From positions 1 to 58,200 of the forward strand of contig JBDLRZ010000045.1 in the NCBI GenBank assembly GCA_039799785.1: a DNA stretch of 58,200 bases, in the 5' to 3' direction. Made by a program: the position numbers and the translations under genes. The stretch's first letter is position 1, and each line of letters begins with the position of its first letter. Below are positions 29,422 to 38,231 of this stretch, piece after piece. The notes beneath the pieces were generated by a model that saw nothing but the letters and a program-made list of their open reading frames with translations, was not told where the DNA came from and made no database searches. Source of the DNA: Bacillota bacterium (GTDB lineage: Bacteria; Bacillota_I; Bacilli_A; RFN20; CAG-826).

Positions 29422-30686
29422 TTACGATGACCTCCAATTAAGGTGTGTCGTTCACGGGTGGTCGATGCTTTTAATAAAGCGGATGTTCTTAGAATAGCAT
29501 TATGTCCATAGCGTTCTTTAATGTGGGCGATGGTCACTTGTAGACGTCTTTTTTTGTCGGTGGTTTCGGCATCGGTAAATAAATCTAGTTGCTCATGATC
29601 TAACGGATTTAATTTACGAAAGGCAAAGGTAATATTACGAATCGGTTTTGGTTCAACATACCGATGATAGATTCTCATTAACGCTTCATAAAGCGTATCT
29701 TCATCATCTGTCGCCCGTATCAAACTCATTTGATGTGAAAAGCCACCTAAACTCGCAGAGTAACCAATGCTTAGATGGACAAGTGAACTCAACTGACCTT
29801 GAAGACGTAAACGCAAAGTTAAATCATCACACATTTCTCGAATGACAACAGGGACCTCATCGACTGAGTAATCGCGATACAGCACTTGACCCATACTAAT
29901 GCCGGGTTCTTTGGGTTGATATTTTTCACGAATATTGGAATGATCAATGCCGTTGGCGTGGTCATGGAGTTGTTTACCCATCACCCCGTAAAGTGCAATT
30001 AATTTGTGTTCAGGATATTCAGCAAGATCTTGAATGGTCATAATGCCTAGTTGATGTAAACGATGTTCCATGCGTGACGCAATGCCCCACATGTCACCCA
30101 CTGGTAACGGCCAAAATTTTTCTTGGATATCATGTTGATGCCAAGTGGCAATACCGTCTTTGGCTTTTTTGGCTTCGATATCTAAGGCACTCTTGGCTAA
30201 AAATGGATTATCACCAATGCCAACCGTTGCCAAAAGTTTAAGTTTACGATAAATCGTATCCTTGATGGTCTTCATCAATTCATGTGGGGTTTGTTGGTAT
30301 AACTTTAAATAAGGACCAAGATTTAAAAAAGCTTCATCCACACTATAAATATGTAAATCATCTTCACCGACAAAATCCAATAGAATCGACATCACTTGCG
30401 CCGACTTTTCTAAATATAAACTCATGCTTGGTGTGGCAAAGATCATGTCATCTCGTTTGGGGAGTTCAAAAACGCGTAATCTTGATGGAATCCCTTGCAA
30501 ACGAAGATAAGGTGAAACCGCTAGGACAATCGTACCTGTACCCCTAGATTTATCGGCCACAATTAAGGGTGTTGTATACGGATCTAAGCCGCGTTCAACG
30601 CATTCTACCACTGCATAAAAAGATTTGAGATCGAGTACTGCGACCACGGAAGGATAATTAAATGTTGGTTGAATATGTTTTAACAT
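29418..30686 (-). CDS. Y-family (translesion) DNA polymerase, UmuC/DinB/YqjW-like
   Basis: VAVLDLKSFYAVVECVERGLDP, IYSVDEAFLNL, little-finger region with C-terminal EQLDLF. Confidence 0.9.
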   Translation of the reverse strand: MLKHIQPTFNYPSVVAVLDLKSFYAVVECVERGLDPYTTPLIVADKSRGTGTIVLAVSPYLRLQGIPSRLRVFELPKRDDMIFATPSMSLYLEKSAQVMSILLDFVGEDDLHIYSVDEAFLNLGPYLKLYQQTPHELMKTIKDTIYRKLKLLATVGIGDNPFLAKSALDIEAKKAKDGIATWHQHDIQEKFWPLPVGDMWGIASRMEHRLHQLGIMTIQDLAEYPEHKLIALYGVMGKQLHDHANGIDHSNIREKYQPKEPGISMGQVLYRDYSVDEVPVVIREMCDDLTLRLRLQGQLSSLVHLSIGYSASLGGFSHQMSLIRATDDEDTLYEALMRIYHRYVEPKPIRNITFAFRKLNPLDHEQLDLFTDAETTDKKRRLQVTIAHIKERYGHNAILRTSALLKASTTRERHTLIGGHRK

Positions 30687-30823
30687 AATAGATGAATGGA
30701 CTTTTATTTTAGCGAATGCTGGTGTCAGAAATCACGTTAATTTTTTTATGAAAACATTTTAAATTTATTTTCAATTAAAACCATCAAAAAACGAGAGAAA
30801 TAGTAAAAATTAAACATCAATTA

Positions 30824-30832
30824 TGCTATATT
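30824..30832 (+). promoter_or_regulatory. Extended -10 (TGcTATATT) 7 nt upstream of the ATG at 30840; possible leaderless transcript
   Basis: The sequence reads ttaTGcTATATTatgagacATGG with no SD sequence. Confidence 0.4.
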
Positions 30833-30839
30833 ATGAGAC

Positions 30840-31466
30840 ATGGATATTAATGCATTACTTGAACCTATTAAATTAGCGATTCTCGATATACTTGCGAACC
30901 CAATTCTTCTTGATATTGGCTTAGGCATCTTCTTATTGATCATGGCAACAACCGGGGTTAAACGCGGATACTGGTTTGCCCTTTGGAATCTATTTTTCTC
31001 CACGATTGCTTTATTTGTCTTATTAACATTCTTCTTGAATGTGGCCACTGGAATCGTTAGCAACCTCACGGGTGCTTATTTGGTATTTTCTGACCTTAAT
31101 ATGTCCAGAACCATGGCGATGTTTGGGATCTTACTTGCCGTTTTACTCTTCGGTTGGATGATCTCTGGATTTATTTATTTAATTTTTACTCCGATCAAAG
31201 GCAAAAATTATTCTTATCGTGATTTAGATCCGATGGTGGTTATCAAAGTGAAGTCTTATGGTTTTACCGTAGGATTGTTAGAAGGCATTGCCTATGTTCT
31301 CTTATTCAATGTTGTATTAGGGAATATCTCAACGTATTTACCAGAAATTTTCCCCAATCGATTCATTTCTACATTCCTTGAAACCTTAAATCCTAGCAAT
31401 TCGATTGTGTTAAGTTTCTTGAATAGTCTACTTGGTGACTACGGTAGCATCTTTCAATTAGGTTAA
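30840..31466 (+). CDS. CvpA-like integral membrane protein (tentative)
   Basis: Has 4-5 TM helices, and the first loop TGVKRGYWFALWNLF resembles the CvpA G-x-RRG-F motif. The family assignment is uncertain. Confidence 0.4.
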   Translation: MDINALLEPIKLAILDILANPILLDIGLGIFLLIMATTGVKRGYWFALWNLFFSTIALFVLLTFFLNVATGIVSNLTGAYLVFSDLNMSRTMAMFGILLAVLLFGWMISGFIYLIFTPIKGKNYSYRDLDPMVVIKVKSYGFTVGLLEGIAYVLLFNVVLGNISTYLPEIFPNRFISTFLETLNPSNSIVLSFLNSLLGDYGSIFQLG

Positions 31467-31485
31467 ATTCAATTCAATCTACCAT

Positions 31486-31516
31486 AAAAAAACGTCTCTT
31501 CTTAGAGACGTTTTTG
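31486..31516. terminator. Bidirectional rho-independent terminator
   Basis: AAAAAACGTCTCT, loop tctt, AGAGACGTTTTT, between convergent genes. Confidence 0.75.
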
Positions 31517-31526
31517 TTTGATGGTC

Positions 31527-33005
31527 TTAGGCTTTAGGAGCTGTTTTTTTTCTTGGCTTCTTCGCAACTGTTGTCACATCCGTTTTTGATTTTGCCGATT
31601 TGACAAGCGGTAAGACCGCGGCAGGTTCATAGGCGACTTTTTCCATGAAGACATCATAGAATCCATTGCCGATTAAAATCACAAACACACCTAACATTGA
31701 AGCTTCAAAGCTATTGATGAAGGTCACCACGAGGAGAATTAACATGCCTAGGATCGCTAATCGAGGAACATAAGGATAACCCCAAACGCGGTAAGGACGT
31801 TCTGCTTCCGGCATGGTTTTTCTGAATTGGAAGACAGATAAGAAAATGAGTGTATTAAAGATTAACGCACCAAATAAAATAATCGATAATAAATAATTAA
31901 CATTGTTGTAACCAAGCAAGACAATGATTAATGAGACGATGGTTTGACCTAGAATGGCCACCCAAGGGGTTTGAAATTTAGCATCAATTTTACCGAAGAC
32001 ACTTGGTAAAGTTTGATCGTCTGCCATCGCAAGGTAGACGCGTGGGAATGAAAGTATCGATCCATTTAATGAACCTAAAATCGAAATTGCAATCGCACCA
32101 AATACCACATAACCTAAAAGGGATAAATCAAAACCTGTAAAGATGGCACCAAAGGCAGTGTAAATGGCACCTAAATCAAATCCTGCTGCAACGGCGCCTG
32201 TGCCAAGTGCGGCTAATGTACCAGCATCAATGATGCGATATAGACCAACCACAAATAAGACATAAACACCCATCACCAAAGCCACGGCAATCGTTAAAGC
32301 TCTTGGTAAATCTCTTCTGGCATCTTTCATTTCTTCGGCAACTGTATTGAGGTTCGTCCAACCTTCATAAGCAAATAAGGTTCTAGCAACTGCAAATAAT
32401 AAACCTGAAATCAATAAACCGGCTTCAACATTTTCTGCTCCATTGCTAGCGATAATATTGGTTTCAGTTCCAAAGAATAGTCCAAATAAAATGATAGTGA
32501 CTAAAGGAATCAATTTTGCGACAAAGAAAATATTTTGCACTAATTTACCATAACGAATGCCAAGATAATTAATCACCGACAATACGATGATGGTGATAGC
32601 GGCAATCATGCCTACCGTTGTGGCATCAAATCCTGCACCTTCATTCACACCTAACATATAACCTAAAACTTGCGCAAAGAGGATGGCAAGCAAGGCAACT
32701 GATCCAGAACTGGATAAGAAGAAGTTAGTAATGCCAGAAAGAAAGGCGACACGTTTACCATATGCTTTTCTTAAATAAACGTAATAACCGCCAGTCTTTG
32801 GAAATAAGGTTCCAAGTTCAGCATAAGTGAGTGCGGAAAATAAAGTGATAATCCCACCAACTAACCATGCCACAAGAGAAAGGCCTAACGAATTGCTTGC
32901 AAGTCCCAGTACAAGCATCGAAAAGAAGTAAATTCCAGAACCGATCATAATACCGGCTAAAACCGATACGCTAGAGAATAAACCTAACTCTTTTTTTAGT
33001 TTCAT
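31527..33005 (-). CDS. APC-family amino acid permease with Lys-rich C-terminal tail
   Basis: About 12 TM helices. The N-terminal GIMIGSGIYF and the FAYEGW motif are typical of APC transporters. The tail is KSAKSKTDVTTVAKKPRKKTAPKA. Confidence 0.85.
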   Translation of the reverse strand: MKLKKELGLFSSVSVLAGIMIGSGIYFFSMLVLGLASNSLGLSLVAWLVGGIITLFSALTYAELGTLFPKTGGYYVYLRKAYGKRVAFLSGITNFFLSSSGSVALLAILFAQVLGYMLGVNEGAGFDATTVGMIAAITIIVLSVINYLGIRYGKLVQNIFFVAKLIPLVTIILFGLFFGTETNIIASNGAENVEAGLLISGLLFAVARTLFAYEGWTNLNTVAEEMKDARRDLPRALTIAVALVMGVYVLFVVGLYRIIDAGTLAALGTGAVAAGFDLGAIYTAFGAIFTGFDLSLLGYVVFGAIAISILGSLNGSILSFPRVYLAMADDQTLPSVFGKIDAKFQTPWVAILGQTIVSLIIVLLGYNNVNYLLSIILFGALIFNTLIFLSVFQFRKTMPEAERPYRVWGYPYVPRLAILGMLILLVVTFINSFEASMLGVFVILIGNGFYDVFMEKVAYEPAAVLPLVKSAKSKTDVTTVAKKPRKKTAPKA

Positions 33006-33032
33006 ATGAAACCTCCAGTGAATGTTAAAAAT

Positions 33033-33057
33033 AATTTATCAATTCATTCGATAAATT
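33033..33057. repeat. Perfect 8-bp inverted repeat AATTTATC-N9-GATAAATT between gcvPB and the permease gene
   Basis: Read directly from the sequence. It is AT-only, so it would be a weak terminator and could be an operator. Confidence 0.35.
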
Positions 33058-33083
33058 GCAAAGAAAATGATTTCGTGAAAACA

Positions 33084-34544
33084 TTAATTTTCTTTAGTTT
33101 TTGATAGTGCGTGGAAGTGAAGGATTGGGGTTCTAGCGGCAGAGACCTCATCTAATCGACCCACTGGGGTGTTGTGAGGTGCTGTTTTCACGATGTCAGG
33201 ATTTGTTGATGCTTCTTGGGCAATTTGTCTGAAGATCTTAATAAATTCATCTAACGTTTCTTTGGATTCAACTTCCGTTGGTTCCACCATAATCGATTGA
33301 TCAAAGAGGAGTGGGAAATAAATCGTAGGTGCGTGAATGCCAAAATCTAAACAACGCTTGGCAATGTCTAATGTTTTCACGCCTGTAGTTTGATCGATGA
33401 GACCATTCATCACAAATTCATGCATGCAAGGTTGATCGGCGACAAGCTTGTAAAGATCTTTTAATGAAGCTTGAATATAATTCGCGTTTAAAACAGCATT
33501 AGGTCCTACGTTCATCAAATCTTGGGCGACCGTTCGAATATAAGAATACGCACGAATCACAACGAGGAAGTTACCATAAAAGCCTCCAACTTGGCCGCAA
33601 GAAGTAGCAGGGTAGTCAAAGCGATATTGGTTATTGTCTTTCACGACAACTGGTTTTGGTAAGTATGGAACTAAATGTTTAGCAACACTGACAGGACCTG
33701 AACCAGGACCACCACCACCATGAGGTGTGGAAAAAGTCTTATGAAGGTTCATATGCATGATATCGAAACCCATATCACCAGGACGCGCTAATCCGAGTAA
33801 AGGATTGAGGTTTGCACCATCGTAATACAAGAGGCCACCGACATCATGAACAAGTTTTGCAATCGTTAAAATATCTTTTTCAAATAAACCGACCGTATTA
33901 GGATTGGTTAACATGATGCCTGCAACTTGATGGTTTAGGACTTGTTTTAAAGCATCAACATCCACCATGCCATTTTTTGATTTAATGGTGATGGTTTCAT
34001 AACCTAACATCATGGCACTAGCAGGATTCGTTCCGTGTGCGGAATCAGGAATGACCACTTTGGTTCGTGCCACATCACCGCGGGCTTCATGATAGGATTT
34101 CATAATCATTAAGCCAACGAGTTCACCATGGGCACCGGCAAAGGTATTCAAAGATGTGCCAGCCATTCCGGTAACTTCATTTAACATGTTGGCCATATCG
34201 TAATAAATCTTCAATAAAGGTTGAACGGTATCCATCGGTTGTGTTGGATGGATCATTTTAAATCCATCTAAACTTGCCATTTCATCGTTTATTTTTGGGT
34301 TATATTTCATCGTGCATGAACCAAGCGGATAGAATCCAGATTCGATGCCAATATTTTTTTGTGAGACTTTCGTGTAATGACGAACGATATCAAGTTCACT
34401 CACTTCTGGTAAGGAGGCTGCTTCTTGACGGAATAAAGAAGCGTCTAATTCTGCTTCTTTGGTTTGACTGATACCCGTTTCTGCTAATTGGTATCCAACA
34501 CGACCATTTGAAGATAATTCAAAAATTAACTTAGTGTAAGTCAT
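33084..34544 (-). CDS. gcvPB: Glycine dehydrogenase (decarboxylating) subunit 2
   Basis: GFYPLGSCTMKYNP, NLHKTFSTPHGGGGPG (PLP lysine region). The ATG at 34544 is preceded by AAGGAGGTG, so the ORF-track start at 34646 is an artefactual extension. Confidence 0.93.
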   Translation of the reverse strand: MTYTKLIFELSSNGRVGYQLAETGISQTKEAELDASLFRQEAASLPEVSELDIVRHYTKVSQKNIGIESGFYPLGSCTMKYNPKINDEMASLDGFKMIHPTQPMDTVQPLLKIYYDMANMLNEVTGMAGTSLNTFAGAHGELVGLMIMKSYHEARGDVARTKVVIPDSAHGTNPASAMMLGYETITIKSKNGMVDVDALKQVLNHQVAGIMLTNPNTVGLFEKDILTIAKLVHDVGGLLYYDGANLNPLLGLARPGDMGFDIMHMNLHKTFSTPHGGGGPGSGPVSVAKHLVPYLPKPVVVKDNNQYRFDYPATSCGQVGGFYGNFLVVIRAYSYIRTVAQDLMNVGPNAVLNANYIQASLKDLYKLVADQPCMHEFVMNGLIDQTTGVKTLDIAKRCLDFGIHAPTIYFPLLFDQSIMVEPTEVESKETLDEFIKIFRQIAQEASTNPDIVKTAPHNTPVGRLDEVSAARTPILHFHALSKTKEN

Positions 34545-35853
34545 GTTGCACCTCCTTGATTGCTTGGACGAGTGCATCGATGTCTTCCTTTGTTTTGGTT
34601 TCACTTCCGTAAACCACAACTTGATTGGTATTGACTGGGAATCCAAATAAAAAACCTTTTTGGACCAATGCTTTTTCTAATTTTTTCACATCAACCTTGG
34701 AGGTTAAGGTGCATTCATAAGCATAAGGAGCCTTAAAAGTTTTCGTAAATAAACCAGTTAGCATCAATTGATCAACGAGATAACGCGTGACCAAACATGC
34801 TTGATCAAATGCTTGAACTAATCCTTTTTTGCCCATCGCACTCATATAGATGGTTGCTTGTAAGGCGAGTAAGGATTGATTAGAACAAATATTAGAATTC
34901 GCTTTTTCGCGACGAATATGTTGTTCTCTGGTTTGCAGGGTTAAAACAAATCCTCGTTGCCCGCGGTTGTCTTTGGTGTATCCACATATGCGACCCGGCA
35001 TTTTTCTTACCCATTCGTTGAGGGTGGTGAGATAACCTAAGTACGGTCCACCAAAATTAGGATTGAGTCCTAATGATTGCGCTTCACCGCAAACGATGTC
35101 AGCTCCCAATTCTCTAGGCGTTTTTAATCTCGCTAATGCAAAGGGATCATTATAAGAGATTACCAATGCTTTTTTGGCTTTGATTAATGGTGATAACTTA
35201 TCAAAATATTCAATTAAACCAAAGCGATTTGGATATGAGAAAATCACGCCTGCAAAGGGTGTTTCCATTTCTTTCATCAGTTGGGCTTGGTCGATTAAAC
35301 CATCTTTGGGTTGTAAGACTGTTAAGGTTACACCACGGTGTTTCGCATAGGTCTTAATCACTTCTTCAGCTTGGGGAAGTAAAGGTGATGCCACAATAAT
35401 ACGTTTAATGGAGGTAACGGAAACAGCCATCATCATTGCTTCGGATAAAGCAGTTGGCCCATCATACATCGAAGCATTCGACACATCCATGCCTGTTAAT
35501 TGGGTAATCATCGATTGCCACTCAAAAATATATTGCAAGGTACCTTGCGCAACTTCAGGTTGATAAGGTGTGTAAGATGTTAAAAATTCTTGTCGAGAAC
35601 TGACTGCATCAATAATCGCAGGGCGTTCATGTTCATAAACACCAAAGCCTCTAAATGATTGCAAGACTTGACCTTGATTGGCCTTTAAGTGCTTTCTTAA
35701 TTGACTTTCTGATAGTCTTGGTAAGATTTGATATGGTTTCTTTAAGCGAATGGATGCTGGAATATCATGGAGTAAATCATCCATTTTTTCAACTCGAATC
35801 ACCTTTAACATGGATTGTTGATCAGCCTCGGTTAAAGGCAAATATTTAAACAT
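34531..35853 (-). CDS. gcvPA: Glycine dehydrogenase (decarboxylating) subunit 1
   Basis: YLPLTEADQQSML, FLTSYTPYQPEVAQGTLQ, NASMYDG. The ATG at 35853 is preceded by GGAGG. Confidence 0.93.
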   Translation of the reverse strand: MFKYLPLTEADQQSMLKVIRVEKMDDLLHDIPASIRLKKPYQILPRLSESQLRKHLKANQGQVLQSFRGFGVYEHERPAIIDAVSSRQEFLTSYTPYQPEVAQGTLQYIFEWQSMITQLTGMDVSNASMYDGPTALSEAMMMAVSVTSIKRIIVASPLLPQAEEVIKTYAKHRGVTLTVLQPKDGLIDQAQLMKEMETPFAGVIFSYPNRFGLIEYFDKLSPLIKAKKALVISYNDPFALARLKTPRELGADIVCGEAQSLGLNPNFGGPYLGYLTTLNEWVRKMPGRICGYTKDNRGQRGFVLTLQTREQHIRREKANSNICSNQSLLALQATIYMSAMGKKGLVQAFDQACLVTRYLVDQLMLTGLFTKTFKAPYAYECTLTSKVDVKKLEKALVQKGFLFGFPVNTNQVVVYGSETKTKEDIDALVQAIKEVQHDLH

Positions 35854-35876
35854 ACTTAACGCCTCCAATGAACTAT

Positions 35877-36242
35877 TTATTTAGGTAAGGCGTCGTAATC
35901 AGCTTTAGATAACAGTTGACTGAGTTCAGCAGGATTGGAAATTTTAACTTTAATGATCCAATGATTTTCTGCGTCTTGGTTAATTAAATCTGGACTCGAG
36001 ACCAATGTGGTATTGGTTTCGACAATTTCACCCGAAACAGGAATATATAAATCTGATGCTGCTTTAACGGATTCAACAACTCCAAATACATCATTTTCTT
36101 TAAAAGTTTTGCCGACAGCGGGAAGATCAACAAAGACAATCGTACCTAAACTTCCTTGGGCATAATCGGTGATGCCGATTGTGGCAATATTATTTTCTAA
36201 AACAACCCATTCGTGCGATGGTGAGTATTTTTTTTCACTCAT
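35877..36242 (-). CDS. gcvH: Glycine cleavage system H protein
   Basis: YSPSHEWV...ATIGITDYAQ, lipoyl-lysine motif VESVKAASD. Confidence 0.95.
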   Translation of the reverse strand: MSEKKYSPSHEWVVLENNIATIGITDYAQGSLGTIVFVDLPAVGKTFKENDVFGVVESVKAASDLYIPVSGEIVETNTTLVSSPDLINQDAENHWIIKVKISNPAELSQLLSKADYDALPK

Positions 36243-36251
36243 ATATTTCTC

Positions 36252-37340
36252 CTAACGTTTATATTGTTTCTGCATGAATATCATATCACGAACCACTGCT
36301 TCAATAGGTGTGGTTCTCATCATCACGGTGACCTTCGTTCCTATAGCTGTAAAGGGCGTTTCTAGGATGGCCATTGCTAAGGCTTTGGTTGAACCTGGAA
36401 GAATATAGCCTGTGGTAATCAGACCAACTTGTTTGCCATTCACCAGAACCGGATATTCGGCTCTAGCAACCCCGCGACCAATCAGTTCTATACCAACGAG
36501 TTTTTGTTTGACGCCTTTTTGAATTTGTGTGACCAGGGCATCTTTACCAATAAACGTTTTTTGAGTTTTGACCGCGAATTGAAGTCCAGCTTCAATTGGA
36601 GAAATGTGCTCAGAAATTTCATGGGAATAAAGTGGTAAGGCTGCTTCAAAACGAAGCGTATCACGTGCTCCTAAACCACAGGGAGAAACTCTTTCATCAT
36701 TTACTAATGCAATCCATAAGGATTGGATCGTGCTTAAATCACCATATATCTCAAATCCATCACTACCGGTATAACCGGATCTAGAGATGATGAGCTCTTT
36801 TCCTTGATAATGTGTGACTTGATAGGTCATGAACTTTAGTTGACTTAATTCAACTTTCTTTGTGATTTTGTCTTGAAGAACCACTTCTGAAAGAGGTCCT
36901 TGTAATGCAAGTTGAAGAAGGGTGTTGGTGACGACTTCAATTTTTACATCAAAGTTTCCTTTATGTTGATTCATCCATTCAACATCAACTTGCGCATTAA
37001 TGGCATTGATGACGAGTAATATTTTCTTGGGATTAAAGACGTAGGCAATTAAGTCATCAATCGGATATCCTTGCTCATTGCACATGAGGGCGTATATAGC
37101 TTTGTTTTCGGGTTGACCTTGAATTTGGTTCGTAACCAAGGATTCAACAAATGGTAAGGCATCTTTGCCCGTGACATAGACTCGACCCATATGAGAGACA
37201 TCAAAAACGCCTGCTGATTGACGAACCGCGCGGTGTTCTGCAACCAACCCTTTATATTCTTGTGGCATGGTAAAACCACCATAAAAGACAATTTTTGCAC
37301 CTAATTTAACATGTTCTTCGTGGAGTGGAAGTTTGGCCAT
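36252..37340 (-). CDS. gcvT: Glycine cleavage system aminomethyltransferase T
   Basis: LHEEHVKLGAKIV.FGGF.MP, AVRQSAGVFDVSHMG, SRSGYTGSDGFEIY, GLGARDTLRFEA. Confidence 0.93.
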   Translation of the reverse strand: MAKLPLHEEHVKLGAKIVFYGGFTMPQEYKGLVAEHRAVRQSAGVFDVSHMGRVYVTGKDALPFVESLVTNQIQGQPENKAIYALMCNEQGYPIDDLIAYVFNPKKILLVINAINAQVDVEWMNQHKGNFDVKIEVVTNTLLQLALQGPLSEVVLQDKITKKVELSQLKFMTYQVTHYQGKELIISRSGYTGSDGFEIYGDLSTIQSLWIALVNDERVSPCGLGARDTLRFEAALPLYSHEISEHISPIEAGLQFAVKTQKTFIGKDALVTQIQKGVKQKLVGIELIGRGVARAEYPVLVNGKQVGLITTGYILPGSTKALAMAILETPFTAIGTKVTVMMRTTPIEAVVRDMIFMQKQYKR

Positions 37341-37404
37341 AATTCACCTCTATTGGAATTCATTTTATCTTATGAAGGCAAAGCAAGGTATAAGAAAATA
37401 ATCG

Positions 37405-37413
37405 TGATAAAAT
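37405..37413 (+). promoter_or_regulatory. Extended -10 (TGaTAAAAT) 6 nt upstream of the ATG at 37420; possible leaderless transcript
   Basis: The sequence reads cgTGaTAAAATtagactATG with no SD sequence. Confidence 0.45.
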
Positions 37414-37419
37414 TAGACT

Positions 37420-37950
37420 ATGAAACAACATAATTATTTAATCGTCGTGGATGTTCAAAAGGATTTTGTCGATGGGGTGTTAGGTACACCAGAAGCGGTC
37501 GCCATGATTCCTTATTTAGTCAATAAAATTAAAGGTTTTAAAGGTGAAATTATCTTTACCCAAGATACGCATGATCAGGGTTATTTATCGACCATAGAAG
37601 GTAAAAAATTACCCGTTATGCATTGTGTTAAAAACACGCCAGGATGGAATTTTGATGCCGCCATCTCACCTTATACAAAAGGTAAAAAAGTCTTCCAAAA
37701 ACCTACATTTGGTTCTGAAAAGTTGGTCAATTACATCAAGAAGCAACACCAAATTTCACCTATTCATTCGCTAGAAGTGGTGGGGATTTGTACGGATATT
37801 TGTGTCATTTCGAACGTAATGATGTTAAAGGCCGCTTTGCCCAATGTAAACATTAAAGTGGATGCAAAAGCTTGTGCTGGTGTCACACCACTTAGTCACA
37901 CGCGGGCTTTAGAATCCATGGCCTCAGTTCATATCGATATACAAAAATAA
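37420..37950 (+). CDS. Isochorismatase-family cysteine hydrolase (nicotinamidase PncA-like)
   Basis: LIVVDVQKDFVDG (catalytic Asp), FQKPTFG (Lys region), VVGICTDICV (catalytic Cys). Confidence 0.75.
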   Translation: MKQHNYLIVVDVQKDFVDGVLGTPEAVAMIPYLVNKIKGFKGEIIFTQDTHDQGYLSTIEGKKLPVMHCVKNTPGWNFDAAISPYTKGKKVFQKPTFGSEKLVNYIKKQHQISPIHSLEVVGICTDICVISNVMMLKAALPNVNIKVDAKACAGVTPLSHTRALESMASVHIDIQK

Positions 37951-37977
37951 AAACCTCCATATTATATGGAGGTTTTT
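37951..37977. terminator. Rho-independent terminator (bidirectional) between the pncA-like gene and tRNA-Ala
   Basis: AAACCTCCATA, loop tta, TATGGAGGTTT, then TT. Confidence 0.75.
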
Positions 37978-37989
37978 GTCTAACAAAGT

Positions 37990-38065
37990 TGGTGGAGCTG
38001 ACGAGGATCGAACTCGCTACCTCGTCGTTGCGAACGACGCGCTCTCCCAAATGAGCTACAGCCCC
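37990..38065 (-). tRNA. tRNA-Ala (anticodon CGC), CCA encoded
   Basis: The reverse complement is GGGGCTGTAGCTCATTTGGGAGAGCGCGTCGTTCGCAACGACGAGGTAGCGAGTTCGATCCTCGTCAGCTCCACCA. It folds as a cloverleaf with the G3:U70 alanine identity pair and an anticodon loop TT-CGC-AA. Confidence 0.9.
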
Positions 38066-38157
38066 AAGATTGCCCTACAAGATTAACAAAAAAAGCATAA
38101 AAGAGCAACCTTTTAACCATAATTTTGAGGAACTTATCCATTCTATAAACTTTTTAT

Positions 38158-38171
38158 TGTAAGCGCATACA
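38158..38171 (+). promoter_or_regulatory. cre-like / LacI-family operator palindrome TGTAAGCGCATACA
   Basis: One mismatch to the cre consensus TGWAANCGNTNWCA. It lies 9 nt downstream of a TATAAA box (38144-38149), upstream of the phosphorylase-like gene. Confidence 0.45.
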
Positions 38172-38231
38172 AGATATCATATGATAAAAGAAACCGATTT
38201 CCTAAATACGGGAAATCAAAGGATATGCGTT

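Noticed and set aside
30687-30839. LexA/Cheo box (GAAC-N4-GTTC) upstream of the Y-family polymerase.
   Set aside because: I found no match by eye on either strand. The closest sequence, GCGAATGCTGGTGTC, lacks the GTTC arm.
34545-34646. Long N-terminal extensions suggested by the ORF track: gcvPB from 34646, folD from 23630, recR from 11070, tetR from 863, DUF4956 from 1595 and yitT from 20389.
   Set aside because: The extensions overlap upstream genes, terminators or promoter boxes and lack an RBS. Internal ATGs with good SD sequences, or ATGA coupling, give N-termini that match the family consensus.
37341-37419. Glycine riboswitch upstream of gcvT.
   Set aside because: The leader is only 79 nt, is shared with a divergent promoter, and shows no conserved glycine-aptamer core.
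37951-38180. tRNA-associated genomic island, integrase or attachment repeat at the edge of the glycan locus.
   Set aside because: The window contains no integrase, recombinase or transposase ORF. I could not find a repeat of the tRNA 3' end by eye. The idea is kept only as a low-interest note.
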